Positions 47,211 to 59,362 of a stretch of 64,000 nt of DNA are shown here, one piece after another; within the stretch, counting starts at the first letter, position 1; every line of letters starts with the position of its first letter. The notes under the pieces are model-generated. The model was not told where the DNA came from and did no database searches. It was given only the letters and a program-made list of their open reading frames with translations. The stretch comes from Owenia fusiformis. Its lineage: Eukaryota. A program made the translations under genes and the position numbers. The DNA is taken from NCBI GenBank assembly GCA_903813345.2, contig CAIIXF020000001.1, forward strand, positions 36,022,001-36,086,000. The letters are read 5' to 3'.

Positions 47211-47625
47211 GTATTAAACAAATACTGGATGACCATGAGGTGGATATGCCAGAATACCTATCCGAGGAAAAAAATACTAGGCGAGGCGAGGATAGGTATT
47301 CTGGCATATCCACCTCATGGTCATCCAGTATTTATTTTATTATGCACCTCCCTTGCTTAATATCATATTCCTACCATTAATTTACTGTAGATAAATAAAA
47401 GATGGTGTTGAATTGTCAAGAAATACTTTATTTTAAAGAATGGGTCTACTAAAACAGAAGCCAAGCCTAGTATTTTTTTCAAGGATAGGTATTCTGGCAT
47501 ATGGGATGGTTGGAGATTTCGTTGCTTCGATACTGGATAGAACGAGATCTTGCTGCCACATATGGCAATAGACCCTGCAGCTCTTAACCAATCAGATTTG
47601 AGTATTTTAATGAGGTGCATAATAA
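47211..47625. mobile_element. Non-autonomous element with a 44-bp perfect terminal hairpin and an asymmetric 14-bp inverted repeat
   Basis: Arms at 47220-47263 and 47290-47333. ttattatgcacctc (47337) / gaggtgcataataa (47612). A third partial arm copy lies at ~47465-47501. Confidence 0.7.
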
Positions 47626-50600
47626 TCATGAATATCAAGGAATTTAACATGATTAAAAGATTCAATGAAAGGAAACATACTGTATATGTCCAGTACGTAA
47701 GAACACTTAGATTAACATTATATTTCATATACTGTATGTTGGCTGTCATTTGTCTAATAACAGTGACATTTAGTAAAGCCTAGCATTTTATTTCTTCTGT
47801 ATAGAAGTGGTAAAGCATTCAATTCATCAGGTTTTTGCAAAAAGTACCAATTTTGACCAAACTTATTTTTGTTCATTTATCATAAGCATATGACTGTTCA
47901 AATTGAAATTCTGGAAGAATTAACTATATTTGATAATTTTCTACGATTTACCCATTGTTCAATGACTTTTTTGAAATCTCCCTTCTAAATCACGGGTGTT
48001 AAAACACGAATATACCATGAGCACATGCTTTGAGGATCCGCGTTGTTTGAACCTACCGCCGAGCACACTTATACATTAAGACCCGTTACACAGTCATGAT
48101 ACCTCCGAGCAAGCTCATTGCATCATTGGGTCTGCTTTACCCCCGTGTAAATTTTCTATGCAATTTTAAATAGTGCCAAATCAACCCGAGTTACAGTATT
48201 ACCCATAAGGACAAAATGTGTAAAATTAAAAAATGTAAGTTTCATAATATATGATATAAAAATCAGTTTTCTGACTGCTGATTTCTTTAAGCTTTAATCT
48301 GGTGTTTAATGCTATTAGTACTTTACCTTGACATATTTACAATGGATTTACAACTTTTATAAATAGTTTGATTTAAGATATATTATTTAAAATATACTTA
48401 ACAGTTTAAATGTCCGTCTTAAGTAAACTGTTTGTTTTCAAAATCAAATTAAACTTGACTTTTAATCGAACATGTTTTAATTTGCAGGAATCTAATTTAA
48501 GACTTTTTTTTACAGATCAAGACTTTTATATATGCATTATTGAATAATGAAATATTGGTTATCTGTTTTTAAAATGTATTTATCAGCTAAGCACTAATAT
48601 TACATGTTTGTGGTCCATCTAATTATCAAGAAATGTATGAGGGGAAACTAGGTGATGTCTCAAATGAACAGAGTTGTAGCAGATTCAAGGTAAACTATCA
48701 ACTTTTTTTATAAGTGTGGAATTATGTCTTATGATAATGATGTAGGAAGGAATATAGGTTTTATTTCAGACAATATGATACTGACCAAGAAGAATATAGT
48801 CATGACAAGGGTGGTTAAGTTTTAGTATGTGTATATATATATATATATTATCCTATGCTAGAACAATGCTAGTATATATTATTCTTCCCATGCTTTTGAT
48901 GGAGGTACACAATTCGATTGGAAGTGCAGATTATATTTCAGCCTAATGATAAATGATTATTTTAGAAATATGTTTTGTATTATGACAGAAAGGGTACAAA
49001 GAAGATCATTAATGAAAACATTTCCTTCAACTTTCTCCTCTCTACTTCATCGTAATTAAATTGCTCAACAGGGAAATCAGTTATTTTTCTTGACAATCAT
49101 ATATTAAATTACCTTTATACTGATTGTTTTCAAATCTGGAGGCGTAAGTAGCTCTCTGAAAAATCAATGTAAGATTTGAATAGATAAGGTTGCCATGATA
49201 CAGTCTGAATGGCCACATTACTGTGTACCTTTCAAAAGGAATATTTTTTTATGATATCATTTGATGCATTAATAAATTATGAGTGATCATAAAAAACAAT
49301 CATTATTATAACTGATTAGGAGCCCGTGTTAACCTACACTCATTCATTCTACAGTTACATTGAAAAATAGAAAAGACAGAGTTTGTTTCTCGTAAAAATC
49401 GAATCTCTTTCGAAATAACAGTAATTAAGAATGTCAATTTTAGACAAGCTAATGGTTACAAAGAACATTAAAATATTTTGCTAGAGAATTTCAGTATGTT
49501 ATTTATCACTTGCGTTATTATTTCCCAAACTGCTCCTAAAATTAAAGTATCACTTTTGTTATTATCCCCTTGGGTCTAATGCAGATTTGTGTTTGTTAAA
49601 GGTATTTGCCATCATCGTTATTCATAGCATTCTGGTTCAATAGTGCGGAGAAAGTACCATAAGTCATCTGCTTCGTGTCATGAATGAAAGCAATTAAAAA
49701 AATGTGTATGATGTGATTTATCTATCTTAATAATATCGCCTAATTGATTCATGAACAAGGTCATGGCGATGCAGGCCATGATGATCATTTTATGGTCTCA
49801 TTTTATTATTATCAGATCATGGCGTGCTTCAGTCCAGCACCGGGGTTGAAAGAATGTCCCATCTGGAGCTGTTTCATTCTTTTATATGGACTAAGTGACC
49901 ACTTGGCTCAATCTCTTCCCAACCTTTGGCATATACATATCTCAAACATATTTTGCTCATGTAATGTTGAGGAAAAGAGGAGGCAGATAACACACCCTCT
50001 AATTCACCACACGCTCTCTCCTTAATGAAAAACGGGAAAATCTTTGTGTTCATAGATAGATTCATAATATATGAGTCAATGTGATATCCAAATTGGATTA
50101 AACATGGTGTGATATTTAGAGTTGTTCATTTTAGAGGGATTGCCACATAACATATAACAAAATCGCAGGTTTTACTGTATATTACATCTCTTACAGAGAG
50201 ATACAGCAATCTGAAGTTCATGAATGGCCACTAAAACAATCTTATGTGTAATAGTCTGCTAAGTTGTTAATGATGAATACTACAAGAGCACACTTGTTTG
50301 CTGTGAGAGTTGTATGCAAACCAGTGAATGAAAATCTAGCCAGTTGTATTTTTGTGCAAAATACGGAGAAGATACTTCAAGGAATGAAATGAACAGGCAT
50401 GATGGGCTTCAAGTGTCAATCACTTGCTTCACAGACTTGCAAGAAAATCTGAATCTGTGTTCAGCTTTATAGGGGTAAAAATTGAGTGAGTGACTTTTCA
50501 TCTGTTGGAAGTTGATTGGACTCAGTTTGATGGAAATATAAAGAAACAACATAATTCAGTCCCAGTTGAAAATTAATTTATATGTATTTTTATCGTTCAG

Positions 50601-50643
50601 AAATATCCTTGTTACACATTAGGATATGTGATTGTAATATTAT

Positions 50644-50780
50644 TGATGTTACCAAAGACACAGATCAGAGCTCCATAATGTTACACATCTGATGTTACCA
50701 AAGACACAGATCAGAGCTCCACAATGTTATATATAATACATCTGATGTTACCAAATTCACAGATCTGATGTCACTAATGT
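50644..50780 (+). repeat. Short degenerate ~45-50-bp tandem repeat
   Basis: Repeated tgatgttaccaaagacacagatcagagctcc. Confidence 0.75.
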
Positions 50781-51236
50781 TGTTTATTGGATGCCATATT
50801 GATTGCTCCTTTTGCCAAGGTTACACATCTGAGATCCCCAAGGGACAGGTTTACAGATATGATTTTGTCTCATGTTACCAAGGTTACATACCTGATGTCA
50901 TTATGGTAACACATTTCTGATGTCACCTAGGTTTCGCGTTTGATGTCAGCAAAGTAGTACTTCCATTGCCACCTTTGTTTAACATTTGTATAAGCTTTAT
51001 ATATTGAGTAGTATTAAAAGTTTGACACTAGGTGTTCAATGCTGCCATCTCTTCATAGGCAATGTAAGTAAACATTTTTCTTCTATATTTCTGAATTAAG
51101 ATTAAAATTGGTTACAGTTGTATAATATAGAGGTCATGCTATTAGGGAAATACGTTTATTAACTTCATGAAAACTTGCTATTACGAGATTGAGAAAATTA
51201 TTTGATCTTATTTACATTATTACTTTTTTATTTTAG

Positions 51237-51371
51237 ACCCATGTCAACTAATAGCACCATGCAGTCTCCAGTTAATGTGTTTGTTTGTGTTTCTGAAAGA
51301 TTTGCACAAATCAAAGCTTGGGACAATTTAATGCATTCAGAAGGAGGACGGATTCATCAAAGGAAGAGAAG
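51237..51371 (+). other. Candidate exon with an ATG-initiated open frame
   Basis: ttttag acceptor, ATG at 51241, frame open to a weak AG|gtagat donor. Confidence 0.25.
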
Positions 51372-52209
51372 GTAGATGTCTTTATTTCTTAATTAAACGT
51401 TATAAGGGGATCAACTATAAGGCATAAACTTACTTTCAAATTTAAAATTCAAATTCTGATACCCATCCCAATTCATTCGTATGGTGAACATCAAAATGTT
51501 GAATTGCAGAGAATATTGATTCCAGCATCATATACTTTGACTGTTGTGTTTATGATAGTACGTGTACTTGTATGTTATGACTATGGAGATAAATAGAACA
51601 TAAAAGTCATCACACCCTTACTTCCACTAAACATAGAATTTAACTAGTAATTTAGCCGAGATTCCTTGAAAAACTTGAGATTTGTGAAAATGAAAAACTG
51701 ATGTATTATAGATGGCATATTTGTAGTAGTACTGCGCAATGTAATTCTCAAATATTATGAACTTGATGTCGTGATGTTTACATCAACGAAAAAGTCCTTG
51801 TGACTTGCCTCAAGTTATTCAACAGTCAAGTGAATGGCAAAAGCTAGTCTGGGTTGATTATTCTGTTTTTCCATATGTGAAATGAGCAGACTTTATGTAA
51901 ACACAAAATGTTTATCATGTTAGGCTGGTTCATATTTTAGTCCCGGAGTATCTTCATCTTCACCGCTGAATAATCAAAGTGTACATCGTAGATTAGCCTT
52001 CACCTAGTAATATAATTCCATTGTTTTCATTTGAAGGTCGGAAATGGCAAATATAATCACCTCTGAATATTTGATCAAAAATACTTATGTGTACCGTGTG
52101 TTTTTATTGATTACATATCTTTTATAAGCTGTTATCAGGCATTGTCCATCTATAGTACTATGTATGGCTGCAATGCTATATATGCAGTGTTGATGTGGTA
52201 GAGTCAGTC

Positions 52210-52330
52210 GGCTCCATAGCTCAGTGGTAGAGCACTCGTCTGGGCAAGCGAGGGGTCGTTTGTTCGTGGGTTCGATTTTTTCACATCGACCCTTGGCACA
52301 GGATTTGGTTCTGTGTTTTCATTTACTAGA
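52210..52330 (+). mobile_element. tRNA-derived SINE head or tRNA pseudogene
   Basis: A box within ggctccatagctcagtggtagagca, a ctcgt/gcgag stem with an 8-nt loop, a lengthened variable region and B box ggttcgatt. No intact T-stem or acceptor 3' strand. Confidence 0.7.
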
Positions 52331-52370
52331 CTATGTATGTCAAACAGCATTATTATTATGTCCCTACCAC

Positions 52371-53526
52371 TTATGTCCCCACCACATAGTGTGGGGCCAT
52401 ATTGTCGGCCTAGGAGCGTCCGACTGTCTGTCCATCCGTCCGTCCGTCTGTCCGTCCGTCCGGGAGTTTTCTCCAAAACCGCTACAGATATCACCTTCAA
52501 ATTTTCAGGGATAACTTATGAGTGCCTATAGATGTGGATGAAAAAAATTTAACTCAAAACCTACTTCCTGTCGGCCATTTTGAAGTCAAATGCTAAAATC
52601 CTTGTCTGCAAACTTAAAGAAAAACTGCTTCACAGTTGCTTTTAAAATATCTTGTTCAGCTCACTTCATTCTAGATCTGTTTAAGTTTTGGACCTGCTAG
52701 CTCAGTCATGTCAACCATTTTGAATGTCTTAAGAAAAGTTAGCGCGCGATAATACTTTGTATCATATTGAATGGTGTTTTTGAGTTTTCATACTTTAACT
52801 ATTTAGTAGCTTTATAAATAATTTCAGTTGTACTTTGTTGTAAAAGCCTACTTTATTGTTAACCGTAGTTATATGTGATAATTTTATAAAAAGAAATCAG
52901 CAAAAACTCACTTTTACTATCGACCATTTTTGATTTTTCGGTCCTAAAATCTTGTCTGTGAAGTCTTGTCTGCGCGTTTGCATGTGAACCGTTTAGTGGA
53001 TCAATTTCAAATTTTCAGGGATGATTCTTAGTATAAAAATCTAGAACTGATTAGTTTTTTGGCATTCTGGGTAAATGTCAAGGCAGCCATTTTGGATTTT
53101 CCATCCTAAAATCTTGTCTGTAAAGTCTTGTCTACTCGTTTTCAGGTTTTTCAGGTGAACTGTTTGGTAGATCAATTTCAAATTTTCGGGAATAATGATT
53201 CTTAGTATGAAAATCTAGAACTGATTAGTTTTTTTGCATTCTGGGTAAATGTCAAGGCAACCATTTTGGATCTTCCATCTTAAAATCTTGCCTGTAAAGT
53301 CTTGTCTACGCGTTTTTAGGTGAACGGTTTGATAGATCAATTTCAAATTTTCAGGGATGATTCTTTGTATGAAAATCTACATCTGATTAGTTTTTTTGCA
53401 TTCTGCGTACTTTGGATTTTCCGTCCTCAAATTGTGTTGGTAAAGTCTTGTCTACTCATTTTCAGAATAACCATTTCACGGGATCACCACTTGGTGGGGA
53501 CATTTTGTACACATTTGTGTTCTTGT
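52371..53526 (+). mobile_element. Non-autonomous Helentron (HINE-like) element, second family
   Basis: subTIRs atgtccccacca (52373) / tggtggggacat (53492), a (gtcc/gtct)n tract, ~3 internal ~170-bp units and a 3' stem-loop at 53507-53522. Confidence 0.88.
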
Positions 53527-54185
53527 GGAATTTGTGAGGCTTGAGTCAGACTTTGAACCAAGAATAGAAATCAAGATAGAATTAATAGGAACATATTCCC
53601 CAGATTGAAAAAATCATTACAAACCAAGGTCAGAGTTTTGTCTATAATAGAGCAAGTCGCAGAGAAAACTGGAGTTGACATAATTATTTGAGGCCCTCAT
53701 TGTGTGTGTCATTTACCGACTTGATGACTATTTAGTGCACCACTAGTTGTGAGACCTGTTCTCAAGGTATTTAGTACTAGTTTAGGAGGCTTATATTTTA
53801 CTATATTCCCTTGTGCAATAGTAGAGCCATAGTGGTCATTATTGAGTCTGGACTTAGTTTTAAATAGGTGGTGATAAAAGTTTCAGCGGGCAACATAGAC
53901 ACATCTTGGCCTTCGGGCCTTCTGCTTATCACTCTATCAATTTTGCTAATTTAGATTGATGTATATCTCATCCTACCAACACCTATCCATCTATATAACT
54001 AAGGTTAATTTATTACCAGTTACCGATTTATAGTTATCTTTTACTTATTTCAGTATCCATTAAATCCGTATCAGATTTTACCAAAATATATGTTACATAA
54101 AGTCACTGTAACCAAGCATTCTACCCTTGTGTACAATAGTCTGCTTGGTGATCTGCATGAATTCTCAATCTCCCTTTTGTTTCAG

Positions 54186-54294
54186 GCTGACTACTTTGAG
54201 ACTATTTGCTAAATTGCTAGCACGCAAAGTGAGTGCAACAGAAATCGGTTGGAATTAATCTCACCAAACTAAAGCATTGGAGCCAAGTGTTGCG
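54186..54294 (+). other. Candidate exon
   Basis: Polypyrimidine ctcccttttgtttcag acceptor and g|gtaagt donor. Confidence 0.35.
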
Positions 54295-54603
54295 GTAAGT
54301 AATACATTTTATCACTATGCTATTAGGTATGTTTTCTTTGAAATTGGTCAGAATGACCACATTTATCGAACCCGAACCTGTTCACTGAATCTTTGGTTCG
54401 TATTAATGCGCAAGGATTTTACTAGTTAAGTGTTAAGAGGATTCTTAGTTCAGGGTAATGCTCAAGTAAAGGGTTCTGCTGATGTAGTGTTAGAAGGTTG
54501 TGTCTTATAATGGCACGAGATGTGCTATTGATTTTGGGAATATTATAAAGATCTTTTGTATAATAGGTTATGTATGCTAAAAGTTGAAATATTAATTTTA
54601 ATG

Positions 54604-55016
54604 CACTGTAAAACCTGTATATCCGGACACTTGGCTAATCTGAACACCTCCCCATCTGAACATATTTTTCGGTCACATTTTCCTTCAATTGAATCCCATG
54701 TTAAAGTAAAAAAACCTTGAAATGTAAACACCTCCCAATTTGAACAGTGAACAGTCATATTTGAAAAATTAATCTGTCTAACCTGAAAACTTTTCATAAA
54801 ATATCATGTTTCATACGAAATTGCTCAAACATTTCTAATCATAATAGGTCTTTTATTTCTAGCATGACTAAATTCATTTGGATCAAACTTATCATATATT
54901 GTCAGGAGAACTAAAAAATTTTTTGAGAATGTGTTCAAATTTCTTCAAAATCCAAAATCTCACGAATGCAAAATCTGCAAAATGTGAATCCGATCTGGTC
55001 CCAATGGTGTTAGGTT
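54604..55016. mobile_element. Degenerate Tigger/pogo-like MITE related to 4248-4425
   Basis: gtaaaacctgtatatccggacac...taatctgaacacctc at the left end and ggtcccaatggtgttagg near the right end. Confidence 0.6.
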
Positions 55017-56559
55017 TTTTGTTTATGTATCAGAATCCTTTTCATTATCAAAATTGTTTTTAATTTACCTATTCAGAAGGTGTAAATTACCACAATAGTA
55101 GCTTATATACCACAGGGAAGTAAGATGCTTTTGCTATGAGTACCTAGGGTAGGGGTTACATATAAACAGGCCTGTCCTATAAATAACTTGACAATTCCTT
55201 CTGGCTTTTAGTCTGAGAGCAGTATAATGTACTCCAGGGAGTATGTATTATCACCCTGGTCAACATAACTTCAAAGCAATTTCAAACTTCAATTAGTCAT
55301 CTAAAAACAGTTGTGTGCTCATGAGTGTCCCAATTATGCCCTGCAATTTCAATCTAACCCATTACTAGTGACATTGTGATCTCCAAAGTATTAAAGCAAT
55401 TATGCTTGCGCCTACTTGGAATTTAGAAAAGAGGCTTGCGCCCACTTAAAAATACTATTGTCTTGAAAAAAATTTGCACCCACCTGAAAAATTATAAAAA
55501 TATTTCTTGGGTCTTCAGATGTACTGTCCAACTACATTGAAGTACATATCAATGTTGATTGTCATTTTCCTGATGATTATAAGGAAAACTGGTGTGACTA
55601 GTTGTGTTGCCATTTTGGAGGTAGAATTTTCTGAATCATATTTTATTTCATGACAAACATCACCGAGGATGTCTTCAAAACTGATAAACAAAAAAAAGGC
55701 TCACTTTTTGATTTAGGCTCACCATTTTGAAAATATAGGCCTATTTTGGACAATTGTGAGGATCAAAGCCATTTTTAGGGCCAACATAAAAAATATTCAC
55801 CAGTGTTTTATGGAGCGATCATGTTACTTAAAGCAGATGTTATATATACTTCTAGTATAGGTTCAGCTTGAGCTTTAATCTTGCATGAGTTATTCTTGAT
55901 CTGATTTTTCTTTACTGTGTTTTGAAACATAATAGTATTATCAGAGGGATGGGGAGATAGCAAACAAATAGAAATACCTTAAACTGATGCAATGTAATTA
56001 AAACCAGGTATATTGGAATATGTAGAGATTTCATGTAAGTTCTCACATCATTAGAGATCATGAACAATGTTATTGTATGTCCAGTCCTATGCTGAACTAG
56101 CCTTTGAGTGTTACAGATGATTTTTCAGTTTTGATGTTGATAATATTTTAAGAATCTCAAGTATAGCTAAAAGCTATATTGGGAGAATGTATAATAAATG
56201 TGCTTTAAAGCAGAAATTGTAATGCATGTTTTCTGAACTCCATTTTCTCATTGGAGATCAAAGTATTAAGAGTAAGAAGATGAGTATGGAGATCCTATTA
56301 CATGTTGAAAGTATAATAGCTAAATTGTCTGAGTCTCAAGAACCTTAAGTTGGTACAAATAGGTAAAACATTGTTTCCTAAAATTATCACAGGGTAAATC
56401 TCTTGCCAAAGTAATTGGTATGTGTCCTCTTATATTATGATTACAGCAAGTCTTAAAGAGTGCTATTACCTGGATACCTGGACATCCCTGTCACAGGTGA
56501 CAATTGGGACTTAGAGCAGTGCTATTAATGATACTTATTGGTGCAATTAGATAACTTAT

Positions 56560-56660
56560 TGTTTGCCATTGGATATACTAATTAATTGTGTGTCATTGGA
56601 TATAATAATTAATTGTGTGTCATTGGATATAATAATAAATATGTGTCATTGAATATTATT
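56560..56660 (+). repeat. ~27-bp tandem repeat (3-4 units)
   Basis: Unit approximately aattgtgtgtcattggatataataatt. Confidence 0.75.
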
Positions 56661-58027
56661 TACCACTTTACCAAAATATTCCTCACACTAGGTGGGGTTA
56701 GTTGTCATACCTCTCCACATTCATTTATTATTGGATAGAATAGCATAGGGGTATAGAATAGATGAACTATAACATCCCTAAGTGGTTAAAGTGATTGTAT
56801 TTATATTGATCTAAGCTTCCATATAGCTCCTGCCAGGGTAACATTTAAGGTAAGGTGAAATTGTTATTCAATTGCAATTGCATTATGTATCCTACATTTT
56901 CATGTATGAATAATGAAAGTAAGAGGAATCTTGATGAAAATGCATGTTTGAGTAGAATTAAGACCTGTGAAACTACAGAATTCAAGTGATTTACTGGTTT
57001 CTGCAATCTATGAATAAGAATTTGCAAAAGCATGGAGTTCATTGGCATTTTGATGAGATGTCATTTGCAAGTTTGATTTGATTATAGCAGCTGGTTAAAG
57101 GCTTAGACTGAAAGACTCATGGATACAATGTAGAATGGGTACAGCATTACTGTTTCTCTTTAGGTGAAATATACTGTACATTGTTATTATGATCTGGAAT
57201 TATTGAATTTTTGATTTATCAAAACATTAGATGAGATTTCGTCATTGAAAACTGACACAAAACATAAATCTTGTTATTTATTTACATTCAAAACTTTTTT
57301 CGAAAACCCAATCAGATTTTTAGAAAAGCTGTTTCGAAATGTTTCATTCTTTGCAGTGGAGAATCCTATGTCAATAACATTTATGACTTTTTTGTTCTCA
57401 CTTTGTTTTCCATGTCACTGTCATTGTTAAGGTTATATGCATTAATAATATACAATGTATTTTAACTTGATTGCAATTAAAAGTCAACCTTGATTTTGTT
57501 TATTCAGGATGTGTGTTATTGATTACTGACTGGACAATTCTGTCATTATTTGGTCAGTTAATTCAATTTGTAGTTGATGGGCGACTATGTAAATAAGGTG
57601 CTCAACCCATCATACTAGCAAGCAGTGCAGTCTTTTATGTATAAGATGTAGGGAATTGAAGAGAAGGTTTTGTACTTCTGAAGAATTAACTTTTGTTTTC
57701 TATCCAAGGATTTCATCATTCAAGATAAGGTTAACTCTCTGTGAGCATCTATGGATTCAGTATCTTTCATCAGTTCTTAAACCTTTGATTGCATTACTCT
57801 CGGGACAAGTAGTGCTACATGCTGTTGTTCATCCACTCTTTTAGTATTATCTTTCTATCTTTTATTAAGTCACTTTGTAGTCTGGATGATTTCACTGGAT
57901 GCACCTGTGGTCTGTCAAATTTCAATAACATGTGTATCAATGCAGATATGCAACATCTAACTTCATTAGACACATATAGGAATAATAGCCCCACTGATTT
58001 CAGGTTTTCCATGAAACATGTTTATTG

Positions 58028-58219
58028 CAGGCCCGTAGCCAGGGGGGGTTCGGGGGGTTCGGGCGAATCCCCCCTGGCCAAAATTTCTTTCAAAATCATG
58101 CAGTTTTTCACCATTCTGACTATTTCTTGAGTGATTTTTGGCCAAATTTGCCAAAGTGAACCCCCCTAGAATTTTTTGGAAAAGTGAACACCCCTTGGAA
58201 AATTCTGGCTACGGGCCTG
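58028..58219. mobile_element. MITE with a perfect 15-bp TIR and 5-bp TSD (hAT5-like, tentative)
   Basis: tattg|caggcccgtagccag ... ctggctacgggcctg|tattg, with subterminal ggggggttcg / gaacccccc motifs. Confidence 0.9.
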
Positions 58220-58332
58220 TATTGTATCATCAATATCAAACTTAATTCTCAACAAATAGACCAAATTGTTGTTTAGTTTGGTGCAAGGTGATTTTTAAAT
58301 TCCATATTGGCTGTTGCTCCATGTTATTCTCA

Positions 58333-59362
58333 TGGTAGCAGCTAGATTCTAACAGTTACAGGTATGTTCTAGTGGTAGCAGCTAATTTCTAATGGAAGCA
58401 GCTAGATTCTAACAGTAGCAGCTATGTCCTAAAGGCAGCAGCTAAGTTCTAATGGTAGCAACTAGGTTTTCACAGAAGCAGCTAGGTTAAAATGCTTGTG
58501 GCTAGGTTTATAGTAGCAGCTTGGCTCTAACAAAAGTAGCTATGATCTAACAGCAGCAGCTATGTTTTATCAATAGCAGCTAGGTTCTAATAGTAGCAGC
58601 TATGTTTTAACAGTAGCAGCTATGTTCTTATAGTAGCAGCTATGTTCTAAGAGTAGCAGCTATGTTTTAACAGTAGCAGCTATGTTCTAATAGTAGCAGC
58701 TATGTTCTAACAGTAGCAGCTAGGTTCTAATAGTACCAGCTCTGTTCTAATAGTACCAGCTATGTTCTAATAGTAGCAGCTATGTTCTAACAGTAGCAGC
58801 TATGTTCTAATAGTACCAGCTATGTTCTTATAGTAGCAGCTATGTTCTAATAGTACCAGCTATGTTCTAACAGTAGCAGCTATGTTCTAATAGTACCAGC
58901 TATGTTCTAAGAGTAGCAGCTATGTTCTAACAGTAGCAGCTATGTTCTAATAGTACCAGCTATGTTCTAAGAGTAGCAGCTAGGTTCTAATAGTACCAGC
59001 TATGTTCTAATAGTAGCAGCTATGTTCTAACAGTAGCAGCTATGTTCTAATAGTACCAGCTATGTTCTAAGAGTAGCAGCTATGTTCTAAGAGTAGCAGC
59101 TAGGTTCTAATAGTACCAGCTCTGTTCTAATAGTAGCAGCTATGTTCTAATAGTACCAGCTCTGTTCTAATAGTAGCAGCTATGTTCCAACAGTAGCAGC
59201 TATGTTCTAATAGTACCAGCTCTGTTCTAAGAGTACCAGCTATGTTCTAATAGTACCAGCTCTGTTCTAAGAGTAGCAGCTAGGTTCTAATAGTACCAGC
59301 TATGTTCTAACAGTAGCAGCTATGTCCTAACAGTAGCAGCTATGTTCTAATAGTAACAGCTT
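58333..59362 (+). repeat. 20-bp minisatellite (~50 units)
   Basis: Unit tagtagcagctatgttctaa with recurrent variants (t/c/g at the first base, gc/cc, tatg/tagg/tctg). Degenerate left edge. Confidence 0.97.

Noticed and set aside
52210..52290. Functional tRNA gene
   Set aside because: It has an 8-nt anticodon loop, an insertion before the T arm, and no T-stem or acceptor-stem complement.
43642..52531. ORFs rich in RTDG/SVRP repeats (43642, 52204, 52224, 52313)
   Set aside because: Translations of the (gtcc)n microsatellites of Helentron-like elements.
57819..58154. 103-aa and 62-aa ORFs
   Set aside because: They run through the MITE at 58028-58219 and show no protein-family features.
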